NCBI GenBank assembly: GCA_944392515.1
Contig: CALXWV010000003.1
Location: 1-59,260 of the forward strand
Length of the DNA stretch: 59,260 nt
From: an uncultured Clostridia bacterium
GTDB lineage: Bacteria; Bacillota; Clostridia; TANB77; CAG-508
Reading direction: 5' to 3'
Positions 37,918 to 47,430 of this stretch are shown in pieces. The notes beneath the pieces are model-generated. The model was not told the origin of the DNA and made no database searches. It saw only the letters and a program-made list of their open reading frames with translations. Position numbers and translations under genes: made by a program. Position 1 is the first letter of the stretch; each line of letters begins with the position of its first letter.

Positions 37918-39924
37918 ATGAAAGTTTTAAAAAGAACTATTATAGCTATTTTTTTAATGATTTTTGCTTTATCAATATTTAATAAAGCAGAAGCAAGTTC
38001 AAATTTGTACTTAAATAATTTGAATTTTGATGTACAAATTAATTCAGATGGATCAATGGATGTTGTAGAAACTTGGAATATAGATATAAGCCAGACTAAT
38101 ACCTTATATAAAACTTTTAAGTTTGATTCAACCAAATATTCAAGTATAACTAATGGGAAAGTTAGCAAAATTTCAAGTTCAGGTGCAGTAATTCCACTAA
38201 CTGATTATGGAGAATATGCTTACCATGTGCCAGTTGGAGAATATTACTTTTTAAATATGGGTTCTAATTATGAAGTCGCATGGGGAACAGGATATGAAAA
38301 TTCTTCAGGAACTGAAAACTATAAAATAAGCTATCATGTAAATGATGCAGTAGCTTTATATAATGACTGTGCTGAAATGTACTGGCAATTTATTGGTTCA
38401 GATTTTGAAGTGCCAGCTAAAAAAATTACAGGAACTATAAAACTTCCTGAAGAAGTTCAAAATATTGATGAACTAAGAGTATGGGGACATACACCAGATT
38501 TAAATGGTACAATTACAAAAGAAAGTAATGACACAGTAAAATTTGAAATAAATAATAACAAAGCAGAAAAAATGGTAGAAGTAAGAATTGCCATGCCAAG
38601 AGATGAAATAATATATTCTGGTAGAACATATAATGCAAATAAATTAAGTAATATTCTGCAAGAAGAAAACGAATGGGCAAATGATGCAAATGCAAGTAGA
38701 ATAGGAAAAATAGTTATTAGTGCAATTTTATGCCTAGTTATATTTGGAATACTAATATATTTTGCAATAAAAAATATAAAAGTCTTACTTACAGTAAAAA
38801 AAGTAGTACCAACTATTCATTATGATTATTTTAGAGATTTACCAAGAGAGGATGCAACTCCTGCTGAAAGCTTATATATACTAAAGGAAAATTATCAGGG
38901 ATTTAATCAGTATGATTTAGGGAAAGTATTTTCATCAACCATTCTTAATTTAGCACTTAAAAAATATATAAAGATAGAAGAGGCCATAGATAAATCAAAA
39001 GACAATACTAAAATAACAATATTGGAAAATAATTTGAATCAAGTGCAGTTAAATAGTGATGAAATAATTATATATAATTTCTTAATTACAGCTTGCAAAA
39101 ATAAAACTAAATCTATATTTGGAATAGGTGAGGAGCAAACAAGTGAAAATGAAATTACTATGAAAGAGCTAAAGAAATATATAAGTAATAATAGCTCAAA
39201 AGTTGTGAGTTTAAAATCTTCTTTAGATAAAGTAATTAAATCTAAATTAGTTAATAATCAGATTTTAGATTTAAAAGGAATTAAAAGAAGAAGAGCAAAT
39301 ATGGCAGGATGTTCATTAGGAGTATTTATACCATTTGTTTTAGTATTTTTATTAGATAATTTAGAATTTGTAACAAATACAGTAAATTCAATAGGAATTC
39401 CTTGGTACTTACTTGCCTTTGCTGGTATATTATTAATTGCAGATTTTGTATTAATAAACTTGGCAAATAAGAGAATTAGTGTATATACTCAAGAAGGTGT
39501 AGATGAAAGGGATAAATGGATTGCCTTTAAAAAATATATGGAAGACTTTTCACTACTTAAAGAAAAAGATGTACCAGATTTAGCATTATGGGAAAAATAC
39601 CTAGTGTATGCTACTGCATTTGGAATATCTGAAAAAGTAATAAAAGAGTTAAAAATTGTATATCCTGATTTTGATAACTATGATTATAATATATATCCAA
39701 CAATATTTATAATGTCACATATGGATTTTTCAAGTAGTTTTAGATCAGTAAGTAATGCAATGTCATCATCATTTTCAGCAGGCTCAGGCGGAGGCGGCGG
39801 CTTCTCAGGTGGAGGCGGCCGGCGGAGGCGGAGGCCGGTGGTGGAGGAGGAAGATAAAACTTCCTTCTTTCTTTTGCAACCAAAACCCAAAAGGGACGTT
39901 CCTTTTTGGGTTATTTTTTACTAA
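37918..39924 (+). CDS. DUF2207 domain membrane protein (C-terminal end of the frame is suspect)
   Basis: Signal peptide, N-terminal DUF2207-like beta domain (LNFDVQINSDGSMDVVETWNIDI), central and C-terminal TM helices, Gly-rich tail SAGSGGGGGFSGGGG. The last ~35 codons read through a GC tract and the palindromic repeat. Confidence 0.7.
   Translation: MKVLKRTIIAIFLMIFALSIFNKAEASSNLYLNNLNFDVQINSDGSMDVVETWNIDISQTNTLYKTFKFDSTKYSSITNGKVSKISSSGAVIPLTDYGEYAYHVPVGEYYFLNMGSNYEVAWGTGYENSSGTENYKISYHVNDAVALYNDCAEMYWQFIGSDFEVPAKKITGTIKLPEEVQNIDELRVWGHTPDLNGTITKESNDTVKFEINNNKAEKMVEVRIAMPRDEIIYSGRTYNANKLSNILQEENEWANDANASRIGKIVISAILCLVIFGILIYFAIKNIKVLLTVKKVVPTIHYDYFRDLPREDATPAESLYILKENYQGFNQYDLGKVFSSTILNLALKKYIKIEEAIDKSKDNTKITILENNLNQVQLNSDEIIIYNFLITACKNKTKSIFGIGEEQTSENEITMKELKKYISNNSSKVVSLKSSLDKVIKSKLVNNQILDLKGIKRRRANMAGCSLGVFIPFVLVFLLDNLEFVTNTVNSIGIPWYLLAFAGILLIADFVLINLANKRISVYTQEGVDERDKWIAFKKYMEDFSLLKEKDVPDLALWEKYLVYATAFGISEKVIKELKIVYPDFDNYDYNIYPTIFIMSHMDFSSSFRSVSNAMSSSFSAGSGGGGGFSGGGGRRRRRPVVEEEDKTSFFLLQPKPKRDVPFWVIFY
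39884..39912 (+). repeat. third copy of the 29-nt palindromic unit, acting as a terminator-like hairpin
   Basis: AACCCAAAAGGGACGTTCCTTTTTGGGTT followed by ATTTTTT. It matches the units at 1361-1389 and 1416-1444. Confidence 0.7.
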
Positions 39925-40215
39925 AATTAAAAGAAGAAATTAAATAAAAATAATTTGTAACAAAAATGTAATATTTAAATTATTGACTTGATGTAAAAAT
40001 AAATATAAAATAGTAAAAGATTTATTCTATTTTATATAAATAGTATAAGTACATTGAAAACTTAATATTCAAGAAAAAACTAGAGCACAAATACTGTTTA
40101 TATAGATAGACATAATTAAGCAAAAGACAAAATAAAAAAGAAAATACATAAAATAATAAGAAAAAACTTATGAAAAATTAAGAAAAATAAGCCAACAAAA
40201 GAGAGGAGAATGTTT

Positions 40216-41499
40216 ATGAAAGAACAAAACAAAAAATACTTGAATATTAAAAGAATAAAAAAACAAGTAAAAGGTATTACACTTATAGCCCTTGTAGTTA
40301 CAATAATAGTACTACTAATCCTAGCAGGCGTAGCATTAAATCTTACAATAGGACAAAATGGAATTTTCCAAAAGGCACAAGAAGCAGCAAATACATGGAG
40401 AAATGCAGAGACAAATGAACAATTAGCAATGCAAGAAGGCACAGATTTAATTGACCAATATTTAAATGGAAATGGTGGAAATCAAGATGATGATATTGGA
40501 ACAGGTGGAGAATATAATACAGCAACAACAGTAGCAGATGCAATACAACAAAATAAATTCTTTGAAAAAGATACACCAATAAAAGATGATTTACAAAATG
40601 TTGTAAAAGTACCAGAAGGATTTAAGATAGCAGAAGATAGTGCAACAAAAGTAGAAAATGGAGTAGTAATAGAAGATAACGATGGAAACCAATTTGTATG
40701 GATACCAACAAAAACAGGAGCAGGAGTAACAGTTCATACCACTAAAGGAGATAAAACAATAGTATATACAAGAACAGCATATAGCTCAAATGTAGCAACA
40801 GGAGAAACAGATTCTGGAACGAATAGTGAAAAAATAAAATATTCAAGTTCAAATAGTGACTATTTTAAAGAAGCACTTCCAACAGATGAAGAAACAAGCG
40901 TAAATGCAAATGGTGGCTATTATATAGGTCGTTTTGAAGCAGGAGATAAAGAATCAACAGAAGCAAAAACAATGAGAACAGGAAGCACTGAAAATAAAAC
41001 AGTAACAATAAAAAAAGACCAAGTACCATATAATTATATATCACAAGCAGGTTGTAAAATATTAGCAGAAGGAATGAGTAGTGTTCAAGGGTATAGTGCT
41101 AAAACAAAATTAGTAAGTAGTTATGCATGGGATACAGCAATAAGTCTAATACAAATAACAAATGAAGATTATGGAAATAGTTCACCAGAAGGAAATTATA
41201 AAGATACTTCATTTGATTATATTAATATAAAGGATATAACAGGTGAAAAATTAACTAAAACTAAAAATTCAGCAACATTAGTACCAACAGGACAAACAAC
41301 AGCAGTATGTAATATATATGATATGGGAGGAAATCTTTTAGAATACACTAGTGAGAGTTACTCTTACAAATACAGTCGTTACGCTTATAGGGGAGGCCTT
41401 TACGACAACGACTACGCAAACTATCCAGCCGGTTACCGTTACAACAACTATGGCACTGCCAGTAGCCCCTATGGTTTTAGGCTCACTTTGTACTTGTAG
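40216..41499 (+). CDS. pilin-like N-terminal anchor fused to a divergent FGE-sulfatase / C-type-lectin-fold domain
   Basis: The N-terminus KKQVKG-ITLIALVVTIIVLLILAGVAL resembles a prepilin class III signal but lacks Glu5. The C-terminal part carries the FGE-fold motif order FVWIP, YYIGRFEAG, SSYAWDTAISL, IYDMGGNLLEYTSE, RGG, GFRL. The ATG at 40216 is 7 nt after GAGGAG. Confidence 0.55.
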   Translation: MKEQNKKYLNIKRIKKQVKGITLIALVVTIIVLLILAGVALNLTIGQNGIFQKAQEAANTWRNAETNEQLAMQEGTDLIDQYLNGNGGNQDDDIGTGGEYNTATTVADAIQQNKFFEKDTPIKDDLQNVVKVPEGFKIAEDSATKVENGVVIEDNDGNQFVWIPTKTGAGVTVHTTKGDKTIVYTRTAYSSNVATGETDSGTNSEKIKYSSSNSDYFKEALPTDEETSVNANGGYYIGRFEAGDKESTEAKTMRTGSTENKTVTIKKDQVPYNYISQAGCKILAEGMSSVQGYSAKTKLVSSYAWDTAISLIQITNEDYGNSSPEGNYKDTSFDYINIKDITGEKLTKTKNSATLVPTGQTTAVCNIYDMGGNLLEYTSESYSYKYSRYAYRGGLYDNDYANYPAGYRYNNYGTASSPYGFRLTLYL

Positions 41500-41950
41500 T
41501 ACTGACAGCTAAAGCCGCATATAAGCGGCTTCAAATAAAATAGTGGGAGAGCTCTTACTTTGAACATTGAAAGAAAGAACTTAACGACTTTAGACGTTAA
41601 GTTGGAATTTTTCGAACAGAAATTCCTGACATAATGTATTATGGAGATTATTAAGATAACTTTGTAAATAAATATAAATAATTTTTAAGGTAATGTTAAA
41701 TATTTTAATGTTACCTTTTATTTATTTTCAAGCATTATATTTTAATAAATTTATTTTTGAATAAATGAACTTTTTAGCATTAGATATTAAAGAATATTAC
41801 CTGTTTCTAATTTAGGAGAACAAGAACCAATAAGATTTATATTGGTATATAAATTTGTTAATATTAAATATTATTGAAAAAAATATATAAATGGTAAAAT
41901 ATTTAATTTTTCTTGAATAATTTACATAACAATGATATAATATATCCATT

Positions 41951-43378
41951 ATGAGAGTTAAATTTTATACATTAGGTTGTAAAGTAAATACATATGAAAC
42001 AGAAGCCATGGAACAGCAATTTTTAACATATGGATATGAGTTAAGTGGGGATATAGCAGATATATATGTTATTAACACATGCAGTGTAACTAATATTGCT
42101 GAAAGAAAATCAAGGCAGATGATAAGAAGAGCCAAGGAGCTAAATCCAAAGGCTATTATTGTTGTGTGTGGATGTTATGCACAAACTTCAAAAGAAGAAA
42201 TAGAAAAAATGCCTGAAGTAGATATAGTAATAGGAATAAATGAGAAAACAAATATTGTAAAAATTACTGAAGAATATTTAAAAAATAATAATATAGAAAA
42301 TGATGTATATAGCAAAGAAAATAAAAAAAGTGGAATAGTAAAGGTTAGTGATGTAATGCACCAAAACGAATACATAGATTTTGGAACAACTACATATACA
42401 GAACTAAATAGAGCAGTTGTAAAAGTTCAAGATGGTTGTGATAGATTTTGCTCATATTGTATTATTCCTTATGCAAGAGGAAAGGTAAGAAGCAGAAATC
42501 CTGAAAGTATATTAAGAGAAATTACAAAAATTGCTCAAAGTGGAATAAAAGAAGTTGTAATTACAGGTATACATTTAGCTTCATTTGGAAAAGATTTTAA
42601 AGTAGAAGATGAAGCAAAGTTTAGAAAAGAATTTGGATATAGTGAAAATTATAAGCCTTTTAATCCAAAAGATGATTTGCATACAGGTGGATTTAGATTA
42701 ATTGAACTTTTAGAACAAATAAATAAAGTAAAAGGAATAGAAAGAATTAGACTTGGTTCACTAGAACCTAAGCTAATTACAGAAGAGTTTGTCTCAAGAT
42801 TAAGTAAACTAAATAAAATATGTGATCATTTTCATTTATCTCTTCAAAGTGGTTGTGATAAAACTTTAAAAGATATGAATAGAAGATATACTACAGAAGA
42901 ATTTGAAAATTCGGCAAATTTATTAAGAAAAATATATCCTAATGTTTCTCTTACTACAGATGTAATTGTTGGTTTCCCAGGAGAAACTGACGAAGATTTT
43001 GAAAAGACTTATGAGTTTCTTAAAAAAATAAAGTTTTATAAAATGCACATATTTAAGTATTCTCCTAAAAAAGGTACTGTTGCTAAGAACATGAAAAATC
43101 AAATTGATGGTAAAGTAAAAGAAGAAAGAAGCAGTAAACTTATAGAACTTTCAGATAATAATCAAAATGAATATAATGAAAAGTATATAGCAAAAGAAGT
43201 AAAAGTTCTATTTGAAGAATACAAAAATGGATATTTTAAAGGTCATACGTCTAATTATATTATGGTTAATGTTAAGGAAGATAAGATAAATGAAAATAAA
43301 ATAGTAAATAATATATTAGAGGTTATAATAACAGAAAATAATAAAGAAACAAAAGAATTACTTGGAAAAATTGAATAA
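41951..43378 (+). CDS. mtaB: tRNA t6A37 methylthiotransferase MtaB (MiaB-like radical SAM)
   Basis: N-terminal UPF0004 Cys triad (TLGCKVN...NTCSVT...VCGC), radical SAM CDRFCSYC and a C-terminal TRAM-like region. Confidence 0.8.
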   Translation: MRVKFYTLGCKVNTYETEAMEQQFLTYGYELSGDIADIYVINTCSVTNIAERKSRQMIRRAKELNPKAIIVVCGCYAQTSKEEIEKMPEVDIVIGINEKTNIVKITEEYLKNNNIENDVYSKENKKSGIVKVSDVMHQNEYIDFGTTTYTELNRAVVKVQDGCDRFCSYCIIPYARGKVRSRNPESILREITKIAQSGIKEVVITGIHLASFGKDFKVEDEAKFRKEFGYSENYKPFNPKDDLHTGGFRLIELLEQINKVKGIERIRLGSLEPKLITEEFVSRLSKLNKICDHFHLSLQSGCDKTLKDMNRRYTTEEFENSANLLRKIYPNVSLTTDVIVGFPGETDEDFEKTYEFLKKIKFYKMHIFKYSPKKGTVAKNMKNQIDGKVKEERSSKLIELSDNNQNEYNEKYIAKEVKVLFEEYKNGYFKGHTSNYIMVNVKEDKINENKIVNNILEVIITENNKETKELLGKIE

Positions 43379-43503
43379 ATAGGTACTTAAACAATTGACA
43401 AAACTCAAGAAAATGTTAAAATATATATTGTTAAAAATATGGAAAATTAAATTTGAAAAATAAATTAATATAAGATGATAAAATAATAGGAAAGGATAAT
43501 ATC

Positions 43504-45255
43504 ATGAAAGCAATAGAAATTAGAAATAAATATTTAAACTTTTTTAAGAATCATGGTCATAAAATTATACCAAGCGCACCATTAATACCAGAAAATGACC
43601 CATCTGTATTATTTACAACAGCTGGAATGCAACCATTAGTTCCTTATCTTTTAGGACAAAAACATCCAGAAGGAACAAGACTTACAGATTACCAAAAATG
43701 TTTGCGTACTAATGATATAGATGAGGTAGGGGATAATAGACATTTAACATATTTTGAAATGCTTGGAAACTGGTCACTTGGAGATTATTTCAAAGAAGAA
43801 TCTATTAAAATGAGCTATGAATTTTTAACTAAAGAGTTAGGAATTCCAGCAGAAAAGATTTCGGTTACATGTTTTGCAGGAGATGAAGACTGCCCAAGAG
43901 ATGAAGTTACAGCTTCTTGTTGGGAAAAAGCAGGTATTCCAAAAGAAAGAATATACTTCTATGGAAAAGATGATAACTGGTGGATAGCAGGAGAAGAAGG
44001 ACCTTGTGGACCAGATACAGAAATGTTCTATGATACAGGTAAGCCTAAATGTTCAGATGATTGTCAGCCTTCATGTGATTGTGGAAAATATGTGGAAATA
44101 TGGAACAATGTTTTCATGGAATATTATAAAAAAGATGGAAAATATACAAAATTAGTTCAAAGAAATGTTGATACAGGTTTAGGCTTAGAGAGAATGACAA
44201 TGCTTCTTCAAGGAAAAGAAACACCTTTTGACACAGAATTATTTAGTCCAGTAATGGACAAACTAAAAGAACTTGCTAAAGAAGATGATATTGCAAGTAG
44301 AAGAATTGTTGCAGAACATATGCGTTCTAGTATGATGGTAATTGCTGATGGTGGAAGACCTTCTAATATAGATAGAGGATATATTTTAAGAAGATTAATT
44401 CGTAGAATGACAAGACATTTAAATAAATTACAAATAGATTTAGAAAAACTTCCAGAATTGATTGATTTAAACATAGATATATTAAAAGAAATGTATCCGG
44501 AATTAGATAGCCATAGACTAGAAATTAAAGATGTTATAATAAATGAAAAAGATAAGTTTATGAAAACTTTAAATCACGGTGAGAGAGAATTTAATAAAGT
44601 TATAAATAGATTAAAAAATCAAGGCATAAATGTAATTGATGGAAAAACAATTTTTAATCTATATGAAACTTATGGATTCCCACCAGAAGTAACTAAAGAT
44701 TTAGCTCAAGAAAATGGATTTAAAGCAGACTTAAGCAAATTTGATGAATTATTTAAAGAGCATCAAGATAAATCTAGAATGGGAAGTGACCAAAAATTTA
44801 AAGGGGGACTTGCTGAACAAAACGAAAAAACTATAGCTTATCATACAGCAACACACCTTCTAAATGCAGCATTAAAGAAAGTTATAGGACCAAATTCTCA
44901 TCAAAGAGGATCTAATATTACAACTGAAAGAATGAGATTTGATTTTAATTGTGATCATAAATTGACTGATGAAGAAAAGAAAAAAGTAGAAGACTTAGTA
45001 AATGAATGGATAAAAGAAGACCTTCCTATTACTGTAGAGACAATGAAAAAAGAAGATGCTTTAAAATCTGGAGCAGAATGTATGTTTATAGAAAAATATC
45101 CTGATGAAGTAACTGTTTATACAATAGGAAATGTATCTAAAGAACTTTGTGGAGGACCTCATGTAAAACATACAGGTGAACTTGGACACTTTAAGATAGC
45201 TAAAGAAGAAGCAAGTTCACAAGGTGTTAGAAGAATAAAGGCAATTTTAGAGTAA
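43504..45255 (+). CDS. alaS: alanine--tRNA ligase, short form (aminoacylation plus editing domains, no C-Ala domain)
   Basis: Class IIc N-terminal motifs (FTTAGMQPLVPYLLG, QKCLRTNDIDEVGDNRHLTYFEMLGNWSLGDYFK, VDTGLGLERM) and editing-domain HTATHLLNAAL and CGGPHV. It is only 583 aa. Confidence 0.7.
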   Translation: MKAIEIRNKYLNFFKNHGHKIIPSAPLIPENDPSVLFTTAGMQPLVPYLLGQKHPEGTRLTDYQKCLRTNDIDEVGDNRHLTYFEMLGNWSLGDYFKEESIKMSYEFLTKELGIPAEKISVTCFAGDEDCPRDEVTASCWEKAGIPKERIYFYGKDDNWWIAGEEGPCGPDTEMFYDTGKPKCSDDCQPSCDCGKYVEIWNNVFMEYYKKDGKYTKLVQRNVDTGLGLERMTMLLQGKETPFDTELFSPVMDKLKELAKEDDIASRRIVAEHMRSSMMVIADGGRPSNIDRGYILRRLIRRMTRHLNKLQIDLEKLPELIDLNIDILKEMYPELDSHRLEIKDVIINEKDKFMKTLNHGEREFNKVINRLKNQGINVIDGKTIFNLYETYGFPPEVTKDLAQENGFKADLSKFDELFKEHQDKSRMGSDQKFKGGLAEQNEKTIAYHTATHLLNAALKKVIGPNSHQRGSNITTERMRFDFNCDHKLTDEEKKKVEDLVNEWIKEDLPITVETMKKEDALKSGAECMFIEKYPDEVTVYTIGNVSKELCGGPHVKHTGELGHFKIAKEEASSQGVRRIKAILE

Positions 45256-45355
45256 TAAAAAACATTTGCTCCTAAAAACTAGGAGAAAAATGTGCATTAT
45301 ACTTAAATTTTAATTATAATTTATAAAAATTATAGTTTAAGAAAGGAAGTAAAAT

Positions 45356-45694
45356 ATGGAAGATTGTGTATTTTGTAAAATAATAAAGGGAGAAATCCCA
45401 TCAAAGAAAGTATATGAAGATGATGAAATATTAGCTTTTTATGATATTAATCCAATAGCTAAAGTTCATGTATTAGTAATACCTAAAATGCATATAAAAA
45501 GTTTACAAGAATTAAAAGAAGAAAATAAAGATTTATTATTTCATTTATTTGAAAAAATAAATGAAGTAGCCAAAATAGTAGGAGTAGATAAAACAGGCTT
45601 TAGAGTTATTTCAAATGTAGGTGAAGATGCGGGTCAAGCTGTAAAGCATTTACATTTTCATATTTTAGGTGGAGAAAAATTACCTACAAGATAA
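45356..45694 (+). CDS. HIT family (histidine triad) nucleotide hydrolase
   Basis: CVFCKII N-terminus and HLHFHILGG triad, 112 aa. Confidence 0.9.
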   Translation: MEDCVFCKIIKGEIPSKKVYEDDEILAFYDINPIAKVHVLVIPKMHIKSLQELKEENKDLLFHLFEKINEVAKIVGVDKTGFRVISNVGEDAGQAVKHLHFHILGGEKLPTR

Positions 45695-45865
45695 TATTGG
45701 AAATTTAATTGAATAGCTATTAATATTTTATTTTAATATAATGGAATTATATAATAAAACATAGAAATTTACATAAAATAAAAGAAAAACTTAAGAAAAG
45801 ACTAGATTAAAAAATAATTATATGGTATAATATAATAGATTAGTCTAGTTAAGAAAGGATAAAAA

Positions 45866-46540
45866 ATGTTAAATTCAAAATATAATAAGATATTAACTGT
45901 AATACTTGTAATAGTAGTTGTTGTTATATTTGGTCTATTGGGCTTTTGGGGATATCAAACATATAAAAAATATTTCTTAGAAAAAGATATAGATACTGCA
46001 TTAGAACAATTCAATCAAACTATAACAAATACATCTAATAACAAAAAGAATGAATTTACAGGTAGTGATCCAATCAATTTTACTGCTATAGATAATGGAG
46101 TATCTAATACTAATGCATCAGGCAACTCAACAAGTGATGTTGTGACATATGAAGGATTTACTGTAGTAGGTAGAATGGAAATTCCAAAAATAGATTTAGA
46201 TTTACCAGTATTAGAAAGAGCTACCAAAAATTCTTTAGAAAAGTCTATAGGAATTTTAACGGGACCAGGTCTAAATAAAGTAGGTAATACAATTATAGTT
46301 GGACATAATTATAGAAATGGTACTTTTTTCTCAAGAAATAGTGAGCTTAAAAATGGAGATGAAATATATATAACAGATACAACAGGTACTAGGATAGAAT
46401 ACACAATTTATAATATTTATACAACATCATCAGAAGATTCAGACTATATTACTAGAGATACAGCAGGAAAGAGAGAAATATCACTTTCTACTTGTACTGA
46501 TGATTCAAACTACAGACTAGTAATTTGGGCTTCAGAATAA
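45866..46540 (+). CDS. sortase (class not assigned)
   Basis: N-terminal TM anchor, catalytic His in IIVGHNY, Cys in ISLSTCTDD (TLxTC-type) and Arg in YRLVIWA. Confidence 0.8.
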   Translation: MLNSKYNKILTVILVIVVVVIFGLLGFWGYQTYKKYFLEKDIDTALEQFNQTITNTSNNKKNEFTGSDPINFTAIDNGVSNTNASGNSTSDVVTYEGFTVVGRMEIPKIDLDLPVLERATKNSLEKSIGILTGPGLNKVGNTIIVGHNYRNGTFFSRNSELKNGDEIYITDTTGTRIEYTIYNIYTTSSEDSDYITRDTAGKREISLSTCTDDSNYRLVIWASE

Positions 46541-46590
46541 TAAAATTTATTGTTTGTAGTGAGATTTAAGAATAAATTAGTCAAAACTTG

Positions 46591-46619
46591 TTGACAATAT
46601 TAAAAAAATGGGGTAGAAT
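46591..46619 (+). promoter_or_regulatory. sigma-A type promoter of the tRNA-His/tRNA-Gln pair
   Basis: TTGACA (46591-46596), 17-nt spacer, TAGAAT (46614-46619), about 20 nt upstream of the first tRNA. Confidence 0.6.
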
Positions 46620-46641
46620 ATATATTGTTGTTATCACAGAT

Positions 46642-46719
46642 GGTGGATTTAGCGTAGTTGGTTAACGCGCCAGTTTGTGGCACTGGAGACCATGGGTTCG
46701 AGTCCCATATTCCACCCCA
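46642..46719 (+). tRNA. tRNA-His (anticodon GUG) with encoded G-1 and CCA
   Basis: An extra 5' G pairs with C73. Anticodon arm CCAGT-TTGTGGC-ACTGG, T-loop GTTCGAGTC. Confidence 0.9.
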
Positions 46720-46732
46720 TTTATTTAAACAT

Positions 46733-46807
46733 TGGGCTGTAGCCAAGTGGTAAGGCATTAGACTTTGACTCTAACATGCGCTAGTTCGAATCTAGCCAGC
46801 CCAACCA
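46733..46807 (+). tRNA. tRNA-Gln (anticodon UUG)
   Basis: Acceptor TGGGCTG/CAGCCCA, anticodon loop CTTTGAC, T-loop GTTCGAATC, encoded CCA. Confidence 0.9.
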
Positions 46808-46887
46808 AATAAATACTTACATTTACTGACAAACAGTATTTTGTAAGTATTATTTTTTATAAAATAATATGTTGAGGTAAAATTTAT

Positions 46888-47388
46888 ATGGAAATTGAAA
46901 GAAGATTCTTAATAAAAGATATAAGTAAATTAGATTTATCTAAATATAAAAGTAAGCGTATTATCCAAGATTATTTATACAAAGATAATTTTACAGCAAT
47001 AAGAAAAAGGCAAACTATAAAAGATAATGAAATAAATTACACTTATACTGTAAAAACAAATAAAATAGGTTTAAGTGTAAATGAGATTGAACAAGAGATT
47101 AATCCAGAACAATACAACAATTTACAATTAAATCCTAAATTTAATCATATTGATAAAACAAGATACTTGATACCATATAAAGATAATCTTACTATTGAAC
47201 TTGATGTCTTTAATAATAATTTTAGCGGAATTATATTTGCTGAAATTGAGTTTACTAGTGAAGAACAAGCAAATAATATTGAACTTCCTAATTGGCTTGG
47301 CTCGGAAATAAGCAACAAACTAACTAATTCAGATATGGCAAGTAAACCAATAGAGAAAATACTGGAATTTATAAATGGTATTTGCTAA
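46888..47388 (+). CDS. CYTH domain (triphosphate tunnel metalloenzyme) protein
   Basis: N-terminal EIERRFLI (ExExK-type motif) and later IELDVF...FAEIEF acidic strands. Confidence 0.7.
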   Translation: MEIERRFLIKDISKLDLSKYKSKRIIQDYLYKDNFTAIRKRQTIKDNEINYTYTVKTNKIGLSVNEIEQEINPEQYNNLQLNPKFNHIDKTRYLIPYKDNLTIELDVFNNNFSGIIFAEIEFTSEEQANNIELPNWLGSEISNKLTNSDMASKPIEKILEFINGIC

Positions 47389-47430
47389 TTAAATTTGACA
47401 AATGAATTAAATGTATGTATAATAAGTATA

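Noticed and set aside
39684-39943. ORFs 39684-39890 (minus) and 39755-39943 (plus) across the GC-rich Gly tract
   Set aside because: These are alternative-frame readings of the same GGC/GGA repeat. They matter only as evidence of frame ambiguity at the DUF2207 gene end, which is reported as a finding.
40216-41950. Calling a complete diversity-generating retroelement
   Set aside because: No reverse transcriptase ORF, Avd-like gene or template repeat exists within the 59 kb. Only a variable-region-like target end is visible, so the claim stays a hypothesis.
45866-46540. Sortase-substrate or pilus operon around the sortase gene
   Set aside because: No LPXTG-type C-terminal sorting signal was seen in any ORF of the window, including the pilin-like protein at 40216-41499. 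The sortase appears as a stand-alone gene.
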